DNA of 63,373 nucleotides, the filler included, from Licmophora abbreviata (taxonomy: Eukaryota), in assembly GCA_900291995.1 (NCBI GenBank). It is 11 parts of 11 records of this genome, joined end to end, with 100 filler letters (N's around TTAATTAATTAA, not from the genome) between each part and the next. Parts side by side here need not be neighbours in the genome. Positions count along the whole stretch, not along the records: positions 32,907 to 38,797 come from OLMU01005410.1; positions 38,898 to 42,790 come from OLMU01005411.1; positions 42,891 to 58,679 come from OLMU01005412.1; 8 more parts are not named here. One strand, 5' to 3'. A program made the position numbers and the translations under genes. Below the pieces are notes generated by a model, which ran no database searches, was not told the DNA's origin, and saw only the letters and a list, made by a program, of their open reading frames with translations. Below are positions 33,174 to 47,692 of the stretch, piece after piece (position 1 is the first letter of the stretch; the number at the start of each line of letters is the position of its first letter).

Positions 33174-35294
33174 TTACGCTCCATCACCGCTCGCGTTGTG
33201 CGCTTCGAGCACTTGAAGAGCCTCTGATATCTTCGAGTTCAGAGCCTCGGGACTCTCCAGCAAATGCAGAAGCTCCGAGTTGTCCATCTCGAGAAGCATG
33301 CCGGTGATCTTACCGGCCAGCTCGGGTTGAGACTGGTGAATCAGAGGGTAGAGACGTTCACCAATCATATTCTTCTGCATCTCGGGGGATGCGGAGGCAA
33401 GCGCCGAGGCAGTCAGAGCACCTTCGGAGCCCATTGAAGGCTGGGGTGGGGCCTGAGGCATTGGGCCACCTGGAGGAAGAACCCCTGGACCGGCGTTGCG
33501 GGCCTGAGGATTGAACTTGATATTCTGCCCACCACGTCCGCCGCGGCCAGGGGCTGGGCCACGTCCACCGCGGCCTTGCTGCGGCATGCCTGAGTAACCG
33601 GGCATCGGGTATCCGCCTCGTCCTTGCTGCCCCATCATAGGGTACATGCCACGAGGTTGCTGGCCGCTGCCACGACCGCCCATCATTTGCGGCATCATTG
33701 GGTACGCCGGCTGCATTGCGCCTCCAGGTCCCGGGCGCTGCATGTACATCGGCATGGCTCCTGGGTAGCCCATAGGACCACCCATTGGTCCACGCATCAT
33801 GCCTGGCTGCCCCGGTCCGCCAGGACCTCGGTTCGCATGCTGTGCTTCAAGCTGAGCGCGACGAACATCGCGTCGCTGGGCAAGAGCGACGAAAATTGGC
33901 TTGCCAGCAATGAGCTTGCCATTCATCTCGTTGACGGCGCGAGTTGACTCTTCCGGAGTCGAGAAGCAAACAAAGCCAAACCCGCGAGAACGGCCGTCTT
34001 TCATGTCCTTCATGACGCGGGCAGACGTGATCGTACCCATTGTCGAAAACTCGTCGCGGAGCATATCGTCGGTCACACCGTCGTCGAGGTTCTTCACATA
34101 CAGATTGACTCCCTGGAACTTTGAGATCCGATCAATCTTCTCTGCCTCGTACTTTGCGCGTAGTTCACGCTCGCGTTCCGCTTTCTTCTGCGCACGGCCG
34201 ACGAACATTTCTTGCGTAATTTCTTCTCCGTCCATCGTCGTAGTGTACTCCCTACCATTCAGAGCTTCGACGGCAGCCATCGCACTATCATGGTCGACAA
34301 AGTTGACAAATCCGAATCCAAGCGACTCAATCTTGGGCTCATTGCTTTCTTCCGTTTCTTCTTCATCTGGCTTCTTGTCTTCTGCCGTATCCTCGGCAGG
34401 CTTTTCAGCGTCCAATGGCTCTTCCCCCTCCTTAGCTTCCGTATCCTCCTCGCTGGCAGGATCACTCTCCTTAGCTTCCTCTTCACCTTCCTTCTTCTCA
34501 GGCGCAGCCTTCTTGGGGAACTTCTTGCGAACACCGGTGCTCACTGTTGCACTGATAACTTCCCCGAACTGAGCAAACTCTTTGTTCAAGCGATCGTCGT
34601 CCCACTCGAAAGGAATGTTCTTCACGTAGCAGTTGCTCCAGTCATTGATGTCCGGGCGATCATTGCGACGCATAAAGTGACCAACCTGGACCTCCTGGCC
34701 ATCGATAAGCATGCCATCAAGCTTATCGATGGCGGAATTCGCGGCCTCGGCAGTCTCGTAGTGGACGTATCCGTAGCCCTTTGACATTCCAGTTTCACGA
34801 TCAGTGACGACCTTGCAGGAAAGAATGTTTCCAAAGAGGCTGAAGGTGTCATAAAGCTGTTTGTTGTCAATTGACTCATGCAAGTTCTTCACAAAGATGT
34901 TTCCGACGCCAGAGCGACGGATCGAGGGATCACGCTGGCTCCACATGAGGCGACAAGGACGGCTCTTGATCATAGTGTAGTTCATCGTGTCGAGAGCGCG
35001 CTCAGCATCTCCCATCTGGTGAAAGTTCACGTAGGCATATCCGAGCGAGCGACGCGTAATGGCATCGCGACAAACACGAATGGAGGCAACGGGACCGACA
35101 GCGTTGAAAATCTCAAACAAGAGACTCTCGTTCACGTCAGGGGCGAGATCTCCGACGTACAAGGAGGCTGAATGGAAATCAGCAGATTGGCCTCCTGCCG
35201 AGGGTGCAGAGGAGGTTGGGGGCGCCTCGGGGGCTGGGGGCTGTTCAACCACAGGAGCAGCATCAGGGTTAGGGACGGTGGCAGGATCAGACAT
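33174..35294 (-). CDS. PABP: Cytoplasmic poly(A)-binding protein
   Basis: Four RRMs (SLYVGDL, SLGYAYVNF, NIFVKNL, NLYVKNL), a Pro/Gly/Met-rich linker and an MLLE domain (KITGMLLEMD); intronless CDS. Confidence 0.97.
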   Translation of the reverse strand: MSDPATVPNPDAAPVVEQPPAPEAPPTSSAPSAGGQSADFHSASLYVGDLAPDVNESLLFEIFNAVGPVASIRVCRDAITRRSLGYAYVNFHQMGDAERALDTMNYTMIKSRPCRLMWSQRDPSIRRSGVGNIFVKNLHESIDNKQLYDTFSLFGNILSCKVVTDRETGMSKGYGYVHYETAEAANSAIDKLDGMLIDGQEVQVGHFMRRNDRPDINDWSNCYVKNIPFEWDDDRLNKEFAQFGEVISATVSTGVRKKFPKKAAPEKKEGEEEAKESDPASEEDTEAKEGEEPLDAEKPAEDTAEDKKPDEEETEESNEPKIESLGFGFVNFVDHDSAMAAVEALNGREYTTTMDGEEITQEMFVGRAQKKAERERELRAKYEAEKIDRISKFQGVNLYVKNLDDGVTDDMLRDEFSTMGTITSARVMKDMKDGRSRGFGFVCFSTPEESTRAVNEMNGKLIAGKPIFVALAQRRDVRRAQLEAQHANRGPGGPGQPGMMRGPMGGPMGYPGAMPMYMQRPGPGGAMQPAYPMMPQMMGGRGSGQQPRGMYPMMGQQGRGGYPMPGYSGMPQQGRGGRGPAPGRGGRGGQNIKFNPQARNAGPGVLPPGGPMPQAPPQPSMGSEGALTASALASASPEMQKNMIGERLYPLIHQSQPELAGKITGMLLEMDNSELLHLLESPEALNSKISEALQVLEAHNASGDGA

Positions 35295-36259
35295 GTTTTC
35301 AATGATGGTAGTAGGCAAGGCGGTTGGGATGACAGTCGAACAGATGAGGTTGGCGTATCTGGTAGACTAAAAAGGAAGGACAGTATCGGATTGGAATGAA
35401 GAAAAGATGAACAACGGCTCGTCTAGTCTTGAACAGGTGATTCTGAAGGAAACGAGAGGGCCGAAGAAGCAAAGCGATTGAGTGTACCGGTAAGGCTTGG
35501 TTGGCGACGCGATTGGTGAGGTTGGAGGACTCGACTCCCCAGAAAATGTTCGGTTGCGGTCCATCCACATCATTAGGTATTGAGCCATAGAACAAAGCAT
35601 CGTCCACTCGTCATTCGTGTGAGACGCTGAATTCGACATGGAAAACCGCTCTCTAGTCTCTTTCACAGACACCTTCTCGTTCACCTGCTGCATTCCCATT
35701 CCACTGCACTTACTTTTATGGAGGTTTTCTTGGCTGTGACAATGCACAACACTGTTTTACTGGTCCTTTCGAGAGGGCTCGAGAGGCGCTTTTTTCTGGA
35801 TTTTTGTGCTTCACGCGATGCGACGCGCGATGATGAGTGGTCTCTGTGCTGTCATGAGATCAAAACATGAGTGGACGGCTGTCGTGCGCTCTCGCTGTTA
35901 GAGCGCGCGTTGACTGGCGTTTGAGTTGGTCGCGCTCCTACGAGCTCTTGTTGATTGGTCTGTGGCGCGCTCTGATTGACTACTGATTACGAGTCTAGAT
36001 TTACATTCGCCTACCTGGTACACCCGCAGACTAACAACCACAGCAGTTCCAGAATCATTAGATCAGCGAGTTTACGAGGTGCACTCATATACGCCATGCA
36101 ATCCGGGTGAATCTTTCTCAACTTAAGTTTTGCATTATCAGTTGGAGACCGTTGTCCTCTGCCTGTACCGAGCCTACGAGTACGGTGCTCGGCACCCGCA
36201 CGTCGTTATGTAGAGCAACAGTGGATTTACGAAGACGATACTACATTATTACCATAGAA

Positions 36260-37322
36260 TCATATCTTTAACACAGTAAACTGACCGTCCATCTCCGTCG
36301 ACGATTCATCGTCGGCCCACTCCACATCTCCCTCGTGTTTGGCTTTCCATTTGTCGAGCCTCGCACTGCGTTTCCTCGCCTCCAAACAGCACTTCTTGTA
36401 TCGCAAACCGCTTCCACAGTGACAAGGGTCATTTTTTCTTGGTGGTTTGGCTGGATTGCCTGCAGCAGCAAGAACTGCCTGTTCCCCTTTCGCCGTCGCT
36501 GGCACGGCCGCGCTCGATGCATTCTTTGGAGTATCAGCAGGGAATTTGGCTGGCACGGGAGGTTTTGAATCGGACTTGCCTCGGACGCTATTGTAGTGGT
36601 CATTCTCATGATACGATATCATCAGATCACGCCCCGCGCTGCTCTTTTCCCCATGTTCGATGGTGAACGCCGCATGCTCCGAGAAGACTCTGATGTTTCG
36701 ACTATCCAGTAGAAGGGCGCGACGTTGGTTGAGGCGGATCGCGACATTCTCTTCTGTAGCGATGGCGTGCAGGCATTGTTCTTACCGATAAAGCTGAGAG
36801 GCGGCAACGAGTTCCAAGTTGCCTCCCCATTCCCCGTCTTCCCGCATCTTCGACACATACTCTTCAAAGTTCGCAGCATCTTCGCCTTGTTCGGTATTAT
36901 CGTCCAGCACCAAAAATACACTGAAGTTATCTTCCTTGGCTTCAATGTAGTCACAAACATCAGAACGCACTTCCTCATGGTTGTCGCCATAGTCGTAATA
37001 GAGCTGGTCAGCCAGTGATCGAAACAGGCAATTGCCGTCCGATGCCATGTCAACAATCACGCGAGATCCAACTGAGGATACGGGAAAGCATGAAACAACC
37101 GACAGAGTCAGTAATCCCACGCTGGGTCAATCGCGTGGACACATGACAAGACGTACCCTCGACGAACGACCGGAACTGGAAGTCGTTACCAGCGGCGGGA
37201 GTGTTGTATTTGTTTTGACGATTTCCGCCCTTGCCCTTATTCCTTCCTTTGTTCGTGGGGGCGTCGCCTTCCTTCAGCTCTGAATAACTATTCGCATTGT
37301 GCCTCTTTTTCTTCTTCCCCAT
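36260..37322 (-). CDS. OTU deubiquitinase with C-terminal SEC-C motif (exons 37322-37157, 37071-36786, 36701-36260)
   Basis: OTU motifs DGNCLFRS, WGGNLE, HYNSV; SEC-C motif KNDPCHCGSGLRYKKCC. Confidence 0.9.
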
Positions 37323-37606
37323 GCTCGCATGATTGAGAACAGGCAGTGCCGGAGTGTCTACAGATGGTATGCTGCGGCAATGGTGTGTGTGGGAGGTCGG
37401 GTCGCAATGATTGTATAGTGCAGTGTTCGCGTTGACTTTTTTTTGTGCGTGTGATTTTTTTTGGCGCGAGGACACAGCAGGCGTGTGGAAAGGAGCGTTT
37501 CGGCGACTAACTTGCACAAGCTCTATGCGAAAGTTGAACGACATTCACTTGAATGAGCAGACAAATACACAACGCAACGCTGAAAATGTTCAATGATCTG
37601 CCATTA

Positions 37607-38684
37607 TTACTTGGTGAACGCCTTTCCAGGTCGGAGGTTCTCGTCTCCCGTCTCCGAAAGAGTCAGTACTTGCCACTGCAACGCTTCGGTGTCTGGAAGG
37701 ACTGCTCGGATACATTCGCAGGCGACGTCGACAGCCTCCTGTACAGACAATGTAGCGAGGTACGACTGTACACTGTCACAACTAGTTTCGACGATCAAAT
37801 CAATCAAATGCGCCTCCGCCGCGGGTGCTCCACGCCCGACTGCTGCTGCATGACATCTCCAAAACTGTCCAGTCGGATCGACTCTCCAGAGCTCATTGTC
37901 CTGACTAACCAGTAGCACCGATGACTTTTGAGTACGAGTGTACAGATATGGGTAAGAAATCAAGTAATGAAAGCATCGCGAGATAAATGAGGTGCCGACT
38001 TACTGACAGTATGCCACCTGCCTTGGTTCCAATGGACTGTGTCGGAATTTGCAAATGATCTGCCAGTCGTCGTGCAAGTGTCGATGGCGATACTCGAGCT
38101 GCGTCACCTTGACCACTACCATTTAGAGGACTCCCATCATCGTTCGCTTCTCGCAAGGAGTCCGCCATCTGATGAACCTTGTAACGCAATACGCTGGCAT
38201 GGACAGCGTTGCCGCCTGTGACCATCCAAAGTTTGGAAGCGACGCGAGTCAGGGGTGGACGTGGAAGTAGTTCAGTGTCGTCACCAATAGCTGCCTCTGT
38301 GGCTTGTATCCAGATAGGATAAGATTTGTGACTGTCTTCTTGGTGTGAGTCTTCCTTCCTTCCGACTCTCCTGTTGCTCCCATCACCACTGTCCAAATGA
38401 GGCGACTTGCCTGACGTCGTGACAACGACAATCCCATGGGAAAACTGCAAAGCGATCGCAAGATTCGACGATCCGTCTTTGATAGAAGTAGCTTCCTGAA
38501 CACTTTGCTCTACACTGTACAGGCGTCCCCCGGGCGCAAAGACAATCGGAGGCAAGTCGCGATAGCGCTGCGCGTCGAGCACATTTGTTGACGCTGACTG
38601 CCATGGTGCTTTCGAAGCTCGACATGAATTAGGATTCAAGAGCAGCAGACACAGGAACAGCCTTATCAGAACCAAACTTAACAT
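37607..38684 (-). CDS. Divergent 20S proteasome alpha-type subunit with signal peptide (intron 38003-37925)
   Basis: Motifs VFAPGGRLYSVEQ (cf. TFSPEGRLYQVEY), LARRLAD..Q..TQ, LWRVDPTG, AAAVGRG; hydrophobic N-terminal signal peptide. Confidence 0.8.
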
Positions 38685-38797
38685 GTTGACGGTATTGCTG
38701 CCAGACCTCGAGAAGCCACGAGTCGTGTCACCGAATACCGTCGCCGCAATAAGCGAATCCCATGGTGGATGTGCTGCGTGCTCGTCGGTGTGCTTCC

Positions 38798-38897
38798 NNN
38801 NNNNNNNNNNNNNNNNNNNNNNNNNNNNNNNNNNNNNNNNNTTAATTAATTAANNNNNNNNNNNNNNNNNNNNNNNNNNNNNNNNNNNNNNNNNNNN
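38798..38897. other. Scaffold gap spacer
   Basis: N44-TTAATTAATTAA-N44. Confidence 0.98.
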
Positions 38898-39114
38898 AAA
38901 AGATGTGGTTGGTTAAAGCGTGACGTATCGATGACGTGTGTCTTAAGTAATCAGTCTGTCCATCACTCAAGATTCGCGTCGCGGACAGACGATTTTGTCC
39001 ATCAACACACATCGCACATCGCACGACATTGTCGCTGATGTTGCTGTTGCTACTCGTCCACATCACCCTGTGCCCCAGTTCCTGTCGAGTTCATTAGCGT
39101 TTGTTGATGGCCTG

Positions 39115-40008
39115 ATGAAGTCTTCTCAACAAGATCCCCCAACGAAAGCTGGCAAGAGGAAGATTTGGAAGGACTCGCTTCCGTTTCACGCCGACTACAA
39201 AGACCATTTCGAAACACCGAAACGAGCATACGCGGATATCGCGCCGCTGCTTGATTTCCTGCATTCTGATCGAACCGAACATGTTCTATACGACCCCTAC
39301 TTTTGCAATGGACGAGTACGCGACATATTGCAGGAACTGGGATATACCAAGGTCATTCACGAATGTAGAGACTTTTATCAAGACTTGCGGAACAAGGACA
39401 TTCCAGAGTTCGATACGCTCGTCACCAATCCACCGTACAGCGATCAGCACAAGGAGCGATGCCTCGAATTTGCACTGAAGCAGTTAAGAGTCCGTCAAAG
39501 ACCGTTCTTCTTGCTTCTGCCTAATTACGTCGCTGCACGACAGTACTATCGGGGACTACTTTATGGAGACGAAAGCAACGAGGGGAAGACCGGCTGCGAT
39601 GAATTATTGTACATTCTTCCTTCGGAACGCTACGAATTTGATCATCCGGAAGGCACCGGACACGAAGTCTCACCATTCGATGCTATTTGGTACTGCGGGA
39701 TAGGTAGGGGGCGAGTGGAAGAAGCTGTTAAGCATTGGAATGATACTCTGGTCGGTGCAGGGCCTCGTCTCGTTACACTGCGGGAGCTCCAACAGATGGG
39801 AGCGATACCGACCACAAAGCGGCCGAACCCGAGGCAGAGGCGCAAGAAGCGACGTAGAATGACCGCCGCTGATGAAAGAAGGACCCATAGTCCAACTGAT
39901 ACTGCAAATGCAAGTGGCGGCGCAGGTACTGACATGCCTGTCACGAGAACAAAAAAATCTAGCCGATATCGAGATAAAGACGGAAAGCGAACCAGGGAGC
40001 GATTCTAG
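39115..40008 (+). CDS. Putative N6-adenine (amino) methyltransferase, NPPY type
   Basis: Motifs DHFETP, LYDPYFCNG (motif I-like), VIH..RDFY, LVTNPPYS (motif IV, nt 39427-39438), PFFLLLP; basic C-terminal tail; intronless. Confidence 0.7.
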   Translation: MKSSQQDPPTKAGKRKIWKDSLPFHADYKDHFETPKRAYADIAPLLDFLHSDRTEHVLYDPYFCNGRVRDILQELGYTKVIHECRDFYQDLRNKDIPEFDTLVTNPPYSDQHKERCLEFALKQLRVRQRPFFLLLPNYVAARQYYRGLLYGDESNEGKTGCDELLYILPSERYEFDHPEGTGHEVSPFDAIWYCGIGRGRVEEAVKHWNDTLVGAGPRLVTLRELQQMGAIPTTKRPNPRQRRKKRRRMTAADERRTHSPTDTANASGGAGTDMPVTRTKKSSRYRDKDGKRTRERF

Positions 40009-40093
40009 CTTATATAAAGAGGCAAACTCATTTGGATGACATAGCTTTTTTTTCAATAGTCAGTCCTTCACTGCAACTTTATATATATTCGGG

Positions 40094-43874
<3,781 letters not shown>

Positions 43875-44273
43875 GATGGTCGAGAGTCAAAGCTCACTTT
43901 CAAGGATAGCGGCCGCACTTAATCACCTGAAATGCAGCGCTCGAAACCTCTTTAGACTGTGCGCGACCTCAACCGTTCCATTTACGAAGAGCAAAGGATC
44001 CAGCGGATTGAACAAGTCAAGTCTCACACTTGATTCGATTCATTCGTCGTCAATTTAAGGTTCATCGCAAGGTGAGATGTGACTGGGATTTTGGATTTTG
44101 TGATTCGCGGTCTCTGCGCGTGTGCGATTTTCGGCGCGGCGTCATTACAACCATGGGCCGACGCGATCGACAGCAGCATGTTAGCAGACATCAGGCTTCT
44201 CACCGGCGTGTAAATTTACTCTATTTCACTGAATCCTATTGCCATTCGCCTTTTGCGGGACAATTTTGTTAGC

Positions 44274-46178
44274 ATGTGGAGAAGAACAGCCAATCTGGTG
44301 AGACGAAGGTCGTTGCCATCCGTCTCCGCGTCAAGCTTTCTCACCAGCAGGATACGATCGAATGCGGCAGTCTCACGTCAACGTGGCGATGTCTTGATGA
44401 CTGGATCGATTTTGAACTTTCGATATGACTCTCAACTGGGACCGCGGTGCTTCTCGCAAATTTCAACAGACGACGATGATCGTCTGCGCTTCAAAACAAC
44501 TTTGAGCACACGTCAACACCAACCGACCGAATCTTCCCGAATTGAGAGCGCAATCAGTTTTCCGATGCCCGCCAATGACATACCCCCTGTTGAAGGAAAG
44601 CGACATAAACATCCTCCGCAGCTGCGTACTCAAGTATCGCTTGCTCTGTGCTCGGCACTCGTACAACAAGCTCAGGCTCAACATCTTCCTGCACGGCGGG
44701 GATCGGTTGCCGGAAGGTTCTTATCCAGCACCAAAGATTCTGGTGCACCTCAACGCACAAACAACGAGCCGAAGGAAAATAAACAGGCTCGCACAGAACC
44801 TGACTTCGCCGACTATCTAAACAAACCTGATGTGGACCCGACGGCCCCTTCCAGCACTTCATCTGCTTCAGGCAATGGCCCTCAAGGTACAGCGCAGCCC
44901 CCCGACTTGCCACCGCAACAAGAGACGCACCAGTCTCTGAGCAACGAAAACGCCCTCTACGAACAGAACTACAAGTACATTCGTCGAAAACAACTGACTG
45001 CGCTGGAAAAGGCCCGTCAAAAGACCGCTGCCAACGTGCGCCGTGCTCTGGTCGGGAATGTCGTCATTTGTGTCGCAAAGTTTGGCGCCTGGATCAGTAG
45101 TGGCTCTTCAAGTATGTTGTCTGAGCTCGTGCACAGCGTTGTGGACTGTGGAAACCAGTCTCTGTTATTGTTGGGCCTTCATGATTCTGGCAACGTGGCG
45201 GACCGGAAACATCCTTACGGGTATGGCAAGAGCGTCTACTTTTGGGCGTTGGTCAGTGCGCTCGGGACCTTCTTTCTAGGTGCGGGTGTCAGTGCAACAC
45301 ACGCTGTAGGCGAGCTGATGGAACCTTCCTTGAGTGAAATTACTTTGCAAGTATGGGGAGTCTTAGGAGTGTCGTTTGTTGTCGATGGTTGGGTATTTAC
45401 AAGGACGGTGCGAGATATTCGAGAAAGCATGCCAGATGGCAAGACTTCATTCCTTACGCACGTTTGGACCATTCGAGATCCTGCCATGTTGGCGGTTCTT
45501 CTGGAGGATGGCGCAGCATGTATGGGTATCGTAATGGCTATTGCTGGGATTGCGGCGACTCATGCGACTGGAATGCCGGTGTTTGACGGGCTCGCCGGAG
45601 TGAGCATATCAGCGTTGCTTGCTGCGATGGGAGTAGCGTTGGTACGAGTCAACCATCGATTCTTGCTAGGCCACGCTATTGACAACAAAACGATTGAAGG
45701 AATCCAAGAGATTCTTTTGAATCGTCGAAGCATCGATAATGTGCACTCGGTGCAGAGCCAGTGGACTGGACCCGATACGTTCTCCTATAAGGCCGAGGTA
45801 GACTTTGACGGGACATACTTGGCGGCAAAGCTCATGCCACGGTACCAACGAGAGTTTCTAGAGGCTCGCGATACGCTGGATAAGGACTTGAGGGTGTTGC
45901 TCAGCTGGTATGCAGAAGATGTGATGCGCACGGTGGAACGAGAAGTTCGACACATCGAGGCGGAGATTCGCGAAGAGTATCCCGGCGCAGAGTTTATTGA
46001 GCTCGAACCAATGAGTAAGGAAATGGACCGTTTCGCAATCGACGATGGAATGGAGACACAGCTTCGGCGCATTGAAATTGAAGCGTTGAATCGGTATCTC
46101 AAGTCACTTTACCCAAAGAGCTCTGGAAGAAGCGTGGCAAAAGAAAAGCCGAAGTCTGAAGATGGACCAATCGAGTAG
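44274..46178 (+). CDS. Cation diffusion facilitator, ZnT9/SLC30A9-like, probably mitochondrial
   Basis: Motifs GSSSMLSELVHSVVDCGNQ, HPYGYG, LLEDGAA, FSYKAEVDFDG; Arg/Ser-rich N-terminal presequence. Confidence 0.9.
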   Translation: MWRRTANLVRRRSLPSVSASSFLTSRIRSNAAVSRQRGDVLMTGSILNFRYDSQLGPRCFSQISTDDDDRLRFKTTLSTRQHQPTESSRIESAISFPMPANDIPPVEGKRHKHPPQLRTQVSLALCSALVQQAQAQHLPARRGSVAGRFLSSTKDSGAPQRTNNEPKENKQARTEPDFADYLNKPDVDPTAPSSTSSASGNGPQGTAQPPDLPPQQETHQSLSNENALYEQNYKYIRRKQLTALEKARQKTAANVRRALVGNVVICVAKFGAWISSGSSSMLSELVHSVVDCGNQSLLLLGLHDSGNVADRKHPYGYGKSVYFWALVSALGTFFLGAGVSATHAVGELMEPSLSEITLQVWGVLGVSFVVDGWVFTRTVRDIRESMPDGKTSFLTHVWTIRDPAMLAVLLEDGAACMGIVMAIAGIAATHATGMPVFDGLAGVSISALLAAMGVALVRVNHRFLLGHAIDNKTIEGIQEILLNRRSIDNVHSVQSQWTGPDTFSYKAEVDFDGTYLAAKLMPRYQREFLEARDTLDKDLRVLLSWYAEDVMRTVEREVRHIEAEIREEYPGAEFIELEPMSKEMDRFAIDDGMETQLRRIEIEALNRYLKSLYPKSSGRSVAKEKPKSEDGPIE

Positions 46179-46255
46179 TGGGATGAGCCATTTTGTTGAT
46201 TAAAATCCTCGCTAATCATGTTCTGGTTAATTTATGCAAGTCAATTGTGTACTGC

Positions 46256-47353
46256 TCACATAGGAACGCCGTTAATGACATTGAAGAAGTCGGCTTTCAA
46301 GGAAGCACCGCCAATAAGGCCGCCATCGATGTCCGGCTGCGCAAGCAGATCTTTGGCATTCGCCCCTTTCATACTACCACCGTACTGGATGCGAATCGCT
46401 TCGGCAGTTTCAGGCGACACGTTGTCCTTGATCCAGGCACGAATATCAGCATGAGTCTCCTGCGCCATTTCGGGGGTCGCCGTGAGACCAGTTCCTATAA
46501 CGAACGAGCGATCGAAACGTGCGTGAGCGTGTGCGCATCTCCGAGGTCAGAACATATTGATTTTGTATCTTACCGATCGCCCACACTGGTTCGTAGGCGA
46601 CAGCAACGCTGTTCCATTCTTCGAGGGCCAACGCTTTGGCGAGCGGCTCAAGCTGTTCGGCGCAGACCTTCATGGTGACACCAGACTCACGCTCGTCCTT
46701 CTTCTCACCGATGCAGAACATGACCTTGAGGCCAGCGTCGATGGCAACCTTGGTCTTTTCGGCACAGAGTTCTACAGATTCGCCAACCATTCCAAACCCT
46801 TCACGACGTTCCGAATGTCCAATGATGACCCACGTGCAACCAATGTCCTTGATCATGTTTGCTCCGACCTCGCCCGTGTAGGCACCGTCGGCTTTGTTGA
46901 CACCGCAGTTTTGAGCTCCTACTTCAATGTCATCGCGGAGCTTCTCCAAGCACATGGGAAGGTAGGGGAAGGGTGCGCACACGACGACGTCCGTGTTGGA
47001 AGGGATAGGCCCCGCCTCGTTGAAGGTCGTGATACGCTCTTCGTTCGATGCCGCGGCACCGTTGCACTTCCAGTTGCCGCCGATCAGGTAGCGGCGACCA
47101 CCTTCTCCGACTGGTTTCGAGGATCCTTTGGGGCGTCTATAGATAGAGGTAGAGAATAGATTCGTAAGAAGAATGAAAGTCAGAAAGTTTCAAGGACACA
47201 AAAGGGACACGCCCGACAAGCGCGAAGCCGGAACAAATCTTTGCAAGAACACAGATTCACGAACTCCGCTCTGCGAGATGTCTTTCCCATTTCTGTTAAC
47301 GAGCCTCGTGCCCACATTTTTAGATGAACAATATGTTTTGCTTACGTGCTCAT
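46256..47353 (-). CDS. TPI: Triosephosphate isomerase, cytosolic type (exons 47353-47346, 47136-46574, 46494-46256)
   Basis: Motifs IGGNWKCNG, GAQNC, IIGHSERR, AYEPVWAIGTG, IQYGGS, GGASLK. An 8-nt first coding exon (ATGAGCAC|GTAAG) splices in frame to give MSTRPKGSS. Confidence 0.96.
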
Positions 47354-47692
47354 GGTCACCAATATACGATCCAACGTTCAAGTTGAGAGAGTGTTGACGA
47401 TCTACAAGATCTGATTGCTTTTGTCATGGTGTCAACGCGGAGAACGAATCCAAAATCGAAAGATTCTTCCAAGATATGAGTGCAAACTGTCAGTTATGAC
47501 TTATTCTGACCAGATCTGGCATTTTGAACGACAAAATCGAAAGAATTATACTTCCACGTGTCGCCATTTCTGAGGGACGAAGAGGAGGGCACGTGTCGTC
47601 TATTGTAGGAGGATGGCACAATAACATTCTAGACATCGTAGAGCATCTAAAACTCACCTACAAAACATTTGAAGAGATACAGCTTATCCGGA

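Noticed and set aside
35810..35980. CGCG-rich stretch with ATGATGA and a gcgctct/agagcgc hairpin upstream of PABP
   Set aside because: No terminal stem or recognisable rRNA guide; more likely promoter sequence, with too little support for an RNA gene.
47137..47345. Long (209-nt) first intron of TPI as a snoRNA host
   Set aside because: No box C/D pair or clear H/ACA architecture seen, and first introns are often longer.
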